Positions 52,064 through 64,000 of a stretch of 64,000 nt of DNA are shown piece by piece. Numbering within the stretch: the first letter of the stretch is position 1; the number at the start of each line of letters is the position of its first letter. The position numbers and the translations under genes were made by a program. This DNA comes from Octopus sinensis (lineage: Eukaryota), in the NCBI RefSeq assembly GCF_006345805.1, contig NC_043007.1:39928001-39992000 (forward strand), in the 5' to 3' direction. Below the pieces are notes generated by a model. The model was not told where the DNA came from. It saw nothing but the letters and a program-made list of their open reading frames with translations, and did no database searches.

Positions 52064-52440
52064 ATAAATATCAAAAATATTAAAAGTTTAATAAAAGATA
52101 AAGATAAATATCCTTTATTAAACTTTTAATACTTTTGATATTTATTTTTTAAAAAATATAAATAAAAAATAAAAATGAAAAAATAAAAAATAAATAAAGT
52201 AATTAATTAATTAATTAATTAATAAAATAACATATAAATATAAAAATATACATACCTACATATATATATATTTGTATATATATATATAAAATTTATAAGT
52301 TTAAATTATTTAAATAATTTTTTATTTTTAACTTTTTTATTTTAAATTAATTTTATGTATTGGCTAATGTTTTTCACTGTTTGATTTGCCTAATAGTGGT
52401 TTTATCTCTAATTTAATATAAAATAATATAATATATTTAT
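51780..52440. repeat. About 650-bp AT-rich fold-back palindrome
   Basis: AGAGATAAAACCACTATTAGGCAAATCAAACAGTGAAAAAC (about 51805-51845) is mirrored at about 52371-52411. Inner arms ATATCAAAAATATTAAAAGTTTAATAAA are mirrored about a centre near 52104. Confidence 0.9.
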
Positions 52441-52537
52441 ACTATAAAATTGGATTTAATCCTAAATCTCATTTTTCCCTGTAAGTTTGGGTTTATTCCC
52501 TAATATTATTATTATTATTATATATATAATATATATA

Positions 52538-52568
<31 letters not shown>

Positions 52569-52742
52569 ACATATATACGACGGGCTTCTTTCAGTTTCCG
52601 TCCACCAAATCCACTCACAAGTCTTTGGACACTTGCCCAAGGTGCCACGCATTGGGACTGAACCCAGAACCATGTACTTGGTAAGCAAGCTACTTACTAC
52701 ACAACCACTCCTACGCCTAATAATAACAATAATAATAATATC

Positions 52743-52872
<130 letters not shown>

Positions 52873-53391
52873 TCATTTTTCAATAAAGTCTGATGGCTTC
52901 AGAGAGAAAGTGCTTGCTCTTCTTACGAGTTCAGTAGTTTCAAATAATACAAATGTTTGTGCGGCATGGCTTGTATTTATTTATTTATTTATTTATTTCT
53001 TAACATATTTATTTTCATTTGTAGCTGTTTGAAGTAGAATGGAAGCTGTTTTTCTTTTTGTTTCGTTTTGTATTTTTAGGACCAGAAGCCTACTAATCTG
53101 ACAATTTATTATTACTCCTCTACATACTTGATGTAAACCCCTACTGGTTTTTAATGTGTCCATTTAATGTATCATATCCGCCGCCCTTGTGGCAATAACA
53201 GAATCGTCGTCGTCACCATCATTATCATCATAATCGTCGTTGTCGTCATCATTGTCGTCGTCGTTGTCGTTGTTATTATTATTATGTTCCATTTATTTAG
53301 TTCCCCCCGTTCGATATTAAAGCCCCGCTGTCTAGTAATTTTTTTGCTTTTGTAACCTTCCCCATCAATCGTCACTGGGCCGAGGCAAGAA

Positions 53392-53473
<82 letters not shown>

Positions 53474-53538
53474 CATTATTATTACTATTATTTTTATTAT
53501 TGATATCATCATCATCATTATTATTATTATCATCATTA

Positions 53539-53751
53539 AGGCGGCGAGCTGGCAGAATCGTTAGCACGCCGGGCGAAATGCTGTTACGTTCTGAGTTCAA
53601 ATTCCGCTGCGTTTGGCTTTGCCTTTCATCCTTTCAAGGTCGATAAAATAAGTACCAGTTACGCACTGGGGACGATGTAATCGATTATCTCCTCCCCAAA
53701 AATTTCAGGCCTTGTACTTATAGTAGAAAGGATTTATTATTGTTGTTGTTG

Positions 53752-53824
<73 letters not shown>

Positions 53825-54086
53825 CATTATTATTATTATTATTATTATTAATTATCATTATCATTATTATTAAGGCGGGCAGCTGGCAGAATCGTTAGCG
53901 TGCTGGACGAAATACTTAGCGGCATTTCGCCCGTCGCTACTTTCTGAGATCAAATTCTGCCGAGGTCGAGTTTGCGTTTCATCATTTCGGGGTCGATAAG
54001 ATAAGTACCAATCGAACATTGGGGTCGATTTAATCGACTCATCCCCTTCCCCAAAATTGCTGCCCTTGTGGCAAAATTTGAAACCA
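53539..54086 (+). mobile_element. Two SINE B copies embedded in (ATT)n
   Basis: B consensus at 53539-53732 and 53873-54086, each flanked by (ATT)n. Confidence 0.88.
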
Positions 54087-54089
54087 GTA

Positions 54090-54110
54090 TTATTATTATT
54101 ATTATTATTA

Positions 54111-54160
<50 letters not shown>

Positions 54161-54212
54161 CAACACCACCACCACCACCACCACCGCCAACAACAACAAC
54201 AACAACAACAAC

Positions 54213-54276
<64 letters not shown>

Positions 54277-54370
54277 TGTTTTTTCTGTCTCTCGATGTTA
54301 AGGCCTCGTTGTCTGGTAATTCTTTTCTTTGTAATATTCCCCATCCGTTAACATTGTGGAAATAGGAGAA

Positions 54371-54462
<92 letters not shown>

Positions 54463-54586
54463 CATTATTATTATCATTATTATCATTATTATTATTATCA
54501 TCATTACTATTATTATTATTATATTAGTATTATTATTATTATTATTATTATCATTATTATTATTATTATTGTTATTATCATTATTA

Positions 54587-54620
<34 letters not shown>

Positions 54621-54732
54621 CATATTATTATCATTATTATCATTATTATTATTATTACTATTATTATTATTATTATTATTATTATTAGTATTACTATTAT
54701 TATTATTATCATTATTATTATTATTATTATTA

Positions 54733-54763
<31 letters not shown>

Positions 54764-54822
54764 CATCATCATTATTATTATCATCATTATTATTATCATT
54801 ATTATTATCATTATTATTATTA

Positions 54823-54859
<37 letters not shown>

Positions 54860-54880
54860 CATTATTATTATTCCTTATTA
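54090..54880. repeat. Long (ATT)n/(AAT)n microsatellite complex
   Basis: Directly visible; source of the poly-I/L/Y/N ORFs. Confidence 0.95.
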
Positions 54881-55605
54881 TTGCCACTATACCATTTACA
54901 TTGAGACAACTTAATCGATGCTTTTATTTCCCACGTGTTTGTATATATTCGCCTGCCCACAACAGCACACACACTCACATTCACGCACAACGAACGTATA
55001 CATTCTTACATGTAGTTTATGTAAATGTATATCTACACTACTTAGAAGTGTTGGAAATCTAACGGACACCATTTTACAATTGTTTATTGTTGTTTGTATA
55101 AAACATGCAAGTTGTCATTATTAAAACAAATAATATCGGCCAGACATTTACTACTTTATAATGATGGCCCACAGTGAACCTGTAGAATGAATCAAAGTGC
55201 TCAGAATTTCCGTGCATTACCAGTTTTAAACTACTGAGGAATCAATACTTGTATACTAATGTATGACAGTTGTGCTTTTTAGCCAAGGAAAGAACTGACT
55301 GTAGCGCAGCGTATGCTTAATCACTTCTTATGACAGTTGCGAATTTCGCTGTTGAGAACGTTTCATCAGCTGCCATCTACTCGGGTGACGCGGATCTCGG
55401 ATGGATGGAGTGGATCTCGGCATGCCGTGGTGAATCATTCACAAACAAGAGCTCAGGCTGTGGCATCATCAAGAATTTTTGGATTACAACGAAAAACGGG
55501 GTATGTTCGCCATTTGAAAGCACTTCAGTGTATGTGTTTGTGTGTGAGTGTATGTTTGTGTGTGTATCTGTTGCCCCCTATACACACACACACACACACA
55601 CACAT

Positions 55606-55636
<31 letters not shown>

Positions 55637-55657
55637 ATATATATATATACATATATA

Positions 55658-55719
<62 letters not shown>

Positions 55720-55720
55720 A

Positions 55721-55967
55721 ATGCGCCCTTTTAAAGCCTAGCCAAGCTCATGGGCCCGGTTTCCCGTTTCTATGGCGTATATGTTCCCCAGCTGGACGGG
55801 ACGCCAGCCCATCGCAGCGTTACTCATTTTTGCCAGCTGAGTGAACTGGAGCAACGTGAAATGAAATGTTTTGCTCAAGAACACAACGCGTCGCCCGGTC
55901 TAGGAATCAAAACCACAGTCTTACGATCATGATACTGACACCCTAACCACTAAGCCACGCGCCTCCA
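55721..55967 (-). mobile_element. SINE family A, tail type 2
   Basis: Near-identical to 30928-31174. Confidence 0.92.
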
Positions 55968-55985
55968 CACACATATATATATATA

Positions 55986-57478
55986 CTGAACCACAAAAGA
56001 AACGTCGCGCACATACTAAATAGAAACCAGTTTATTAACAGACTGCCAGAGCATTGATTAAAGAGTGCTAATTAAGAAACCGTTCTCTCTTATTGATAAA
56101 ATGTCATTTCCTGAAACATATTTGACATCACATGGTATCACATGATGACAGAGTGTTCTGGATCCAAAGAGATTAATTCAATATCTCGTGTGACCACCAT
56201 TAGCATTGATTACCGCCAGGTATCTTCTGTACATTGAATGAACCAAACGATTGATGAAGGTCATGGGGATAGCAACCCACACTCTGTTAAAAATTACAGT
56301 GAGTTGTGCCGCAGTTGATGGCTTTGGACGGATGTCATTTAACCTTCTTTGTATTTCATCCCACGTGCTCTATGGGGTTTAAGTCCGGACTTGGTATTGG
56401 CCAGGGCAGTGTCTGGAGGTTGTGCTGTTGAAGGAAGTTTGTTGTCAACCTGGCAGTATGGGCACGGGCGTTGTCGTGTTGGAACACGTGATTCTGATGA
56501 TGGGCAAAGTATGTGAGGCTTCAACACTTAGTCGATGTAGCGAGCAGCGGTTACTCTTGGCCGATATTTTTGAAGATCACTGGTCAAAGTTTCTGATTGA
56601 GTGCAATCTCGCCCCATACCATGATGCTCTATCCTCTCCACCACACAACCATCGGCATAACCTTTACCCCGTCTCCAAGCCATAGCTCCGCCATCTGCCA
56701 CAGAAATGCAATATCGACTTTCGTCACAGAAGACTGCAGTTCTCCCCTGCTGATATCGCCAGTTCTCACGTCTTTGAGCTCACTGCAGACATGTCCGTCG
56801 TTAACGATCTCTGAGGATGGGGCTCCTAACCTGACGTCGACAAGATAGATTGAAAGATCTCAGCTGGTGGTGAACTGTCTCTGCACAAATGGGCCTGTAA
56901 TGAGTTCCTATCATCTGTCTAGCTGATTCCGTTACCCTCCAGAATAGGTCTTGCAAGTGATGTTGGTACAGGGGGCAATCTTGATGTACCATTGTAACCC
57001 TCGGTCGGCCACAGCGTGGACGATCATCCTTGCTGTTTGAGCCATTGTATCGTTACCTCAGTCACTCAATTGTCCGAATACTGCAGTTCAAGTCATTAGC
57101 AATGACCTATGGACGTTGACTAGCTTGGAGCCGTCCGATGGCTTGCTCCCTCTGATTTCGTATCAGTCTTAGCATGCTTGCTCCGTTCAGAAAACGAATG
57201 ACAGGATGGTAAATTTGGGTGCCTTTTATCCCCAGTGAGTCAAAGTTTTGCACGTGCACCATATCTTTCATAAAGATGCGTTTGCGAGCACTACCATGTT
57301 CACGAATAGTATGTTCGAACCCTACATGTAATCCTTGTGTTTTCAAAAGAGAGTGGTGTTATGGGTCACTGACTTCTCCTGATGTCAAATTGCCTAGAAA
57401 TGATAAAATCCATATAATCTCAATATCGTGTATGAAACAAATAATCTTTCATAGTGCGACGTTTCTTTTGTAGTTCAG
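55986..57478 (-). mobile_element. Full-length Tc1-family DNA transposon (inactive)
   Basis: 23-bp TIRs CTGAACCACAAAAGAAACGTCGC and CTGAACTACAAAAGAAACGTCGC (22/23 match), each flanked by TA; 1493 bp long. Confidence 0.93.
56178..57175 (-). pseudogene. Tc1 DD34E transposase pseudogene
   Basis: MLRLIRNQREQAIGRLQA start, VFCDESRY (D1, 56723), FQHDNARAHT (D2, 56473), SPDLNPIEH (E, 56368; 34 residues after D2), ending AVINANGGHTRY*. Several stops and frameshifts. Confidence 0.92.
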
Positions 57479-57851
57479 TATATATATAGACAAAAAGAAG
57501 AAAAAGCTTTGAAAACTTAATCATGGAAATGAAAAAGAAAGATTAATTGAATTGATTTTATTTCATGTTTTTTAAAAATTTTATTTCAGCATGACTAAAT
57601 CGTCATATTAAAGCGATCGAACAGTAGCATATTTTGCTCCATAATAACTTACCGTCTGACCGTTGTTCTTAGTAACTTGCTTCTGCCTATATTTTGCCGG
57701 CTTCTGGAGCATGATGGGCCTTGTTTTGAGGTTTTCTGTAACGGGAGGACTACATCGTTCACGTACGTTGTATATTATGTATATTATGTATGCCATTATT
57801 TACCAGTAGTAACAGTACAACGGCGGCGGCGGCAGCAGCAGTAGTAGTAGT

Positions 57852-57915
<64 letters not shown>

Positions 57916-58014
57916 TAGTAGTAGTAGTAGTGGTGGTGGTGGTGGTGGTGTGGTGGTGGTGGTGGTGGTGGTGGTGGTGGTGGTTGTGGTGGTGGTGGTA
58001 GGGGTGGTGGTGTA

Positions 58015-58045
58015 CTGATGAGATTTATTAAGACCGAAACATGTC
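58015..58045 (+). ncRNA. Minimal hammerhead-ribozyme-like motif with canonical core
   Basis: CTGATGA-GATTTATTAAGACC-GAAAC-AT-GTC: G10.1-C11.1 pair, palindromic ACATGT stem III, GUC site; stem I imperfect. Confidence 0.6.
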
Positions 58046-58261
58046 CATGGCTGTCACCGTGTTCGATAACAAAGATCAGATTTTATCACTTGGTATAAAA
58101 ATAATTTTTCTGCGAAACTGATGCCTAAATTCTCGGAATTATTTCTCTTTCTTTGAAATTTGTTGATTATAAACGACCGTCTTAGTTTGTTTTCTATCTT
58201 CAACTAAGAAGGCAAAGTTCACTTTATTAAAAACACTGTTTTGCGCACGTCACTGAGTATG

Positions 58262-58990
58262 CCATCCATCCATCCATATCCACCGCCCACTTTTCCTAAG
58301 AGTAACACGGGTGTAGATTCCTCAGATGCCTCCATAGGGTCCTATCAGAAGCAGTTTCATTGGATTTTTCTTGCTCTATTGCCAAGCGTGACCAAGTGAA
58401 ACTGAATATTATCCAACCATTTCGTTCTTAGTCTACCTTTGGTCTCCTGCCGGTGACTCCGGCTTCAAGAATCCATCTAGAGACTCTTTCCTGCGACATT
58501 CTGATCACGTGCTCTTTGTATCGGAGCCGTGACTTCTCAATGTGGAGACGTAGCGGTTCGACCTGAAGAGAAGTCTATGAGATCCGTGTTACGCTGCCTG
58601 CCGAGTAACGTTTATTCAAGAGATGTTTTCTTCGCGTTCATAGTCTTTCGATCATTATTCAACACTCATAACCTATTTCTTTACTACCCGCAAGGGGCTA
58701 AACACAGAGAGAACAAACAAAGACAGACAAAGGGATTAAGTCGATTACATCGACCCCAGTGTGTAACTGGTACTTAATTTATTGAACCCGAAAGGATGAA
58801 CGGCAAAGTTGACCTCATAGAAGAAAATAAGCATGTAAACGGAATTGAAGATAGTAGCTTTTTTACCAACCCTTCTTCTTCTAAGAATCGAATGCTGGAA
58901 CTGGCGAATTACTTTACCAGCTCCTACAATTCTAACATCCACTTCACCTTTCTGCCCTCCGTGACCTACCTGAAGTATATAAATTCATGC
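58262..58990 (-). mobile_element. RTE-clade (Rex3/Expander-like) LINE 3' fragment, interrupted by SINE B
   Basis: HEFIYF...EVDVRIVGAGKVIRQFQHSILRRRRVGKKATIFNSVYM, then VEPLRLHIEKSRLRYKEHVIRMSQER...TGRRPK...WLDNI, with a (GGAT)n tail. Confidence 0.85.
58672..58815 (-). mobile_element. SINE B internal unit nested in the RTE LINE
   Basis: CCTATTTCTTTACTACCCGCAAGGGG...GGCAAAGTTGACCTC between two collinear LINE segments. Confidence 0.85.
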
Positions 58991-59509
58991 CGTTACCCAT
59001 TTTGAGTTACTTCCCTTAGCCTACTTTTCGTAAGCACACAGTATTAATACCTCGTTGACAAAATATGGATAGTAATACGGCAATAATACTTGGCAAGACA
59101 TTCACTTAACAAATCGGTCTCAAGACTCATTAATATTCATATTTCTTTTTTTAATCTAAAAACAAACGAGAGAAGCTATGAATTGTTAAGTGAAAATAAA
59201 AGATTTTTATGAACGGTCAATAGTTTCGTAAATATTCATACATGTTTGGAGGGAAAATGGAGGAGTTGGTGCGTGGACTAAAAATCAAAGACATTATTTG
59301 ATCACATACAATAGTTTTTTTTTTTCTGTTTTGTTTTTTTCCTTTATTCTTACTAAACGTTTTAGAAAACATAAATGAGAAAGACGACACATTAGCCTAT
59401 ATAATGTAACATCTTTAGTTGAATTGTTTGTTTGTGTATGTGTTTATATACATTTATATATATTTGTGCGTGTGTATGTGTGTGTGTGTGTGTGCGCGCA
59501 CGTGTGTAC

Positions 59510-59574
<65 letters not shown>

Positions 59575-59579
59575 TAGAT

Positions 59580-59878
59580 AGATAGATATTTGCCTATGTA
59601 TATATGTGCGTGTGTATTACATGAATATTTATATATAGATATAGATATATCATAAATACATACACACGCACACGCTCTCACACATATACACACATATATG
59701 TAGATGTATGTATGTATGTGTGTATGTATGTATATATAGGTGTGTTTATTTTTGTTCGTGTATGCATACAGTTACATATATGTGTATGCGTATACATATA
59801 TGCTGGGTATAGATTCAAAAATAGTTAAGTACATTGTTGAATAGATGATGTGAATATGTATTCGTATAATCATATATA

Positions 59879-59910
<32 letters not shown>

Positions 59911-59965
59911 CATTTATATATGTATGTGTGTATGTATGTATGTATGCATGTATAGATAGATAGAT

Positions 59966-60017
<52 letters not shown>

Positions 60018-60376
60018 TTTGCCTATGTATATATGTGCGTGTGTATTACATGAATATTTATATATAGATATAGATATATCATAAATACATACACACGCAC
60101 ACGCTCTCACACATATACACACATATATGTAGATGTATGTATGTATGTGTGTATGTATGTATATATAGGTGTGTTTATTTTTGTTCGTGTATGCATACAG
60201 TTACATATATGTGTATGCGTATACATATATGCTGGGTATAGATTCAAAAATAGTTAAGTACATTGTTGAATAGATGATGTGAATATGTATTCGTATAATC
60301 ATATATATGTGCGTGTGTGTGTGTGTGTGTGTGTGCATTTATATATGTATGTGTGTATGTATGTATGTATGCATGT

Positions 60377-60424
<48 letters not shown>

Positions 60425-60430
60425 CCAGAC
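59580..60430. repeat. 429-bp tandem duplication
   Basis: GATATTTGCCTATG at 59585 and 60014; the unique parts look identical by eye and only the microsatellite lengths differ. Confidence 0.92.
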
Positions 60431-60482
60431 AGACAGGTGAATAAATAGACAGACAGATAGATAGATAGATAGATAGACAGAC

Positions 60483-60550
<68 letters not shown>

Positions 60551-62309
60551 GTGTGCATATATCTATGTGTGTGTGTGTACATATATGTGTGTGTGTATGC
60601 ATATGTATTTGTATAAATATGTTTAAATAAATGTGTGCATCTGTTTATTCAGGTATACAAATCTTTGTATACATTTATCTGTACATATAACGGATTCAAA
60701 TATGTTTGCCTTTTACACACACACACGCACACACACACATCCACGTATGTATATGTACACATATATATGCGTATATAGATGGACACACACTTCTTATATA
60801 CACACACATGAACCTATACAGTACAATTTTAATTCATCTCATACATATATTTAATCACTAAGAGTGTGCAATGACTTGACAAAGGCCAAGGCTTTTGGTA
60901 TACATCTACGTGAATTAAACTAATTGTAGGGGTGTACCTGAAACACACCACAGAAAGAAAGACTGGAATCTTGATCAGAAGTCACCTATTAGAATATATC
61001 AAAATATTTTGGCGACAATTCATAACGGGGGGCTAGTATTGGGCACCCTGCATGTAATACATCCGTTCGTTTCTTGTGTTTTTTGACCGAGTTACAATCG
61101 TGGGTCACGTTTATTTCGAGGTTGGTCATTTGGTATCAAGAACGTTGCCAGGAACTGATGCCAGGTTACTAGCTGGACAATACATTATATGGACTTCTTT
61201 GATTCCTAATGTACTCAAATGAACCCTCATAGCCATTTGATGTTTAAGGAAACATATTTTTACAAATAAAATATTATTAGGAATTGTATTTTTAAAAATG
61301 CTAATGACACATTGAAGGAGGTGTTTTTCGCCATTCACCAAAGTGAATGGAGCTTTGGTCAGGAGAAACTGATGTCACCAGGCCGTACCCAGCATTCATC
61401 GGGAGTTTCGACCCTGAACCGTAACCCCTCCCGTTGGTGGGTCAGCAGAGGTGGCGAACTCACTGCTCCTCATCTATTTCTGGCTTCCAGCTTAACTCCT
61501 CTCTTTCTCTCTCTCTCTCTCACTCCAAAACCAACAAAAAGCTCTTTCAGCTGCTTCTCCCATTCTGAGCACGGCCACCCTTCACTCCTTTCTTCTCATT
61601 CCAATGGATGTAAGCTTCTTCCATGCCGACTGGGCAAGGAACCACCTACGGCCAACCTCGATTGGGAAATGCCATAAGTGGAAGTGTATAAAAAATTAAA
61701 TATTTTGTTTTGTAGACGTTTAAGCAACTTATTGCTCACAAATTTTAGCATCCAAATCTTATAAAGACCCACCACAACAACAACAACCAGGGGCCATATG
61801 GACCCCAGTTCAGAAATCCTGATATAGGGGGTTTGTTGTGGGTATGAACAACGATAGCCTTGGATTGACTTTGGGTATTGACAAGAGCAATCTAAGTTGC
61901 CTCTTCTGAAGAACTTTCAGGTTGGAGATTAAGGAGAACTTAAGGTGAGTCATGTAGAAGTGAGAGATAGGAGCCGCCTTACTTTTTCGAGACATAGTCT
62001 GGAAACACGGAGATACAAAGAGCCGAACTTTCCGAGATGCGCACAGGGAGCGAAACCCGTCCTGCACGTTTCCGCTCAGTTTCTATGTGTTACCGATTTG
62101 GGGCTTGTGCCACCTTACACATCTGTTTTCATCCTTCTATTGTCCTCAGTGTCTTGTATCCTTGTGATCGACAGAAGAAATCTTCGTTGTCATCATCATC
62201 ATCATCATCATCATCATCACCATCCTCATCATCATCAATATTATTTTATTTCTCAGAGCTCTCGATCTTACTTGCTTTGGTTGATTCTGTTGAGAGCGGA
62301 CAGCAACAA

Positions 62310-62620
62310 GGCAGCGAGCTGGCAGAATCGTTAGCACGCCGGGCGAAATGCGTAGCCGTATTTCGTCTGCCGTTAAATTAAGTACCGGTTACGCCCTGGG
62401 GGTCAATGTAATCGACTTAATCCGTTTGTCTGTCCTTGTTTGTCCTCTCTATGTTTAGGCTCTTGTGGGTAGTAAAGAAATAGAAATAGGTATTTCGTCT
62501 GCCGCTACGTTCTGAGCTCAAATTCCGCCGAGGTCTTCTTTTCCTTTGCATCCTCTCGTACAATCGACAAGCACCCTCTCCCCCTCAAAATTCAGGCCTT
62601 GTGCTTATAGCAGAAAGGAT
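62310..62620 (+). mobile_element. SINE B with internal deletions and a tandem junction
   Basis: Head GGCAGCGAGCTGGCAGAATCG, junction AAATAGGTATTTCGTCTGCCG, terminal tail AAAATTCAGGCCTTGTGC. Confidence 0.85.
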
Positions 62621-63289
62621 TAACATCATTCGCAGCAGTATTAGTAGTAGTTGTTGTAATTGTGATAGTAGAGGCTGTGGTTGGCGGAGAAGGAGTAGTA
62701 AAGCAGAGAGCCGGTAGAGACGGCGGCGACGTCAGCGGTGACGGTAAGCGTCATTGGCCAATGAATTGCAGATAAAATGCAATGATGTGCACAAAAGTGT
62801 GCATCAATTGGCAATAAGGAAGACATCTATTCTCTACTAAAACTGACATTAAAACCAGGAAAAAGAAAGAAAGCTTCTCCTTAGAAAGACATCAATCTTC
62901 GACGGACGTCGGCCACAGACGTGCACGGTAAAGATTTCTAAGAGGTTGCTACTGTTGCAATCGTTGCTCCTCTTACTACTACTCTTCGTTTTGGCTTTAT
63001 TTTTTTTATTTTCATATTTGTCAATCAATATCATCTCCATCATTGTCTCTCCAGCAGCTTCGTAATCATCATCATCATCGTCATTGTCGTCGTCGTCGTC
63101 GTCGATGACTGGCTACGGTAGTGCTGGCTGCACAATCGTTGCCATCATTGTCGCCATCGCCGTAATCATCATCACTCTTTCCGTGGTCTTTGACAGTGGC
63201 TGCAACATTGCTAGCGGTAGTGGTAGTGGAGGTGATGGTGGCGGCAGTGGTTGTGCCAGCGGCAGCGTCAGCGTCAGCGGCGACAGAGG

Positions 63290-63610
63290 CGGCGTCGGCA
63301 GCAGCGGCGGCGGTAGCGGCGGTGGCGGCTGTAGCGGCGGCGGCGGCGGCGGTAGCGGCGCGGCGGCGGTAGCGGCGGCGGCGGTAGCTGCGGTAGCTGC
63401 GGTAGCGGCGGCGGCGGTAGCGGCGGCGGCGGTAGCGGCGGCGGCGGCAGCGGCGGCGGCGGTAGCGGCGGCGGCGGTAGCGGCGGCGGCGGTAGCGGCG
63501 GCGGCGGTAGCGGCGGCGGCGGTAGCGGCGGCGGCGGTAGCGGCGGCGGCGGTAGCGGCGGCGGCGGTAGCGGCGGCGGCGACGAAGGCGGTGGCGGCGG
63601 CAGCGGTGGC
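63290..63610. repeat. GC-rich (GCG)n / (GCGGCGGCGGTA)n tandem repeat
   Basis: Regular 12-bp periodicity is directly visible. Confidence 0.95.
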
Positions 63611-64000
63611 TACGGCAGTGCCGGTGGCGAGGACGAGGTAGATGGGGAGGAGGAGGAGGGGCCGGAGGGGCGGTGGTGTTGTTGGTGATGGTGGTAGCTC
63701 CATAATCATCATTGTCATCTCATCGTTCTCATTACCGCCATCATCATCATCATCATCATTATCATCGTCATCGTTGTCGTCATCGTCATCGTCGTCATTG
63801 TGTGTATCGTTCTCACTGTCGTTGCCGTGTCCATTATCATAATCAACATCATCACGCTTCTCTCTTTCTCTCCCTCCTCCTCCTTCTTCGTATCATCATC
63901 ATCATCATCATCATCATCCTCATCTCTGTCATCAGTATGCTGTTGATGATCAAGGAATGATGATGGAGTCACCTGAAGCTAAATAACAACCGTAACAAAA

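Noticed and set aside
61400-61450. Hammerhead-like motif on the minus strand (CTGCT-GACCC...GGGTC-GAAAC)
   Set aside because: The CUGANGA core is incomplete and there is no stem III or cleavage triplet.
61810-62070. Possible LINE apurinic endonuclease remnant on the minus strand
   Set aside because: There is only a vague GG...IVV...PP pattern with stops; not enough to annotate.
63084-63718. Poly-Ala ORFs on both strands
   Set aside because: They are fully explained by the (GCG)n/12-mer repeat lacking stop codons.

Overview
This is eukaryotic, AT-rich, repeat-saturated DNA with one 100-N scaffold gap (9482-9581). I could not support any host protein-coding exon. Nearly all ORFs in the supplied track are translations of microsatellites or low-complexity tracts. 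The mollusc-type 5S rRNA, tRNA-headed SINEs with CORE-like domains and extreme microsatellite density point to an octopod cephalopod (inference). Recognisable content: (1) at least five SINE or SINE-like families (working labels A-E, plus G and H) in dozens of copies, some nested, chimeric or concatemerised; (2) a full-length but dead Tc1 (DD34E) transposon with TIRs and TA flanks (55986-57478); (3) a non-autonomous Helitron (2480-3648); (4) decayed RTE-clade and R4/Dong-clade LINE fragments; (5) several Penelope-like element (PLE) remnants; (6) a 5S rRNA pseudogene nested in a Tigger-like MITE; (7) minisatellites, a 429-bp tandem duplication and several fold-back palindromes at (TA)n junctions. 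The most notable signal is a set of minimal hammerhead-ribozyme-like motifs at putative PLE ends. One repeat family carries a compensatory U3-A8 core pair instead of C3-G8. All identifications were made by eye with no alignment or database search, so boundaries are approximate (about +/-10-20 bp) unless stated.
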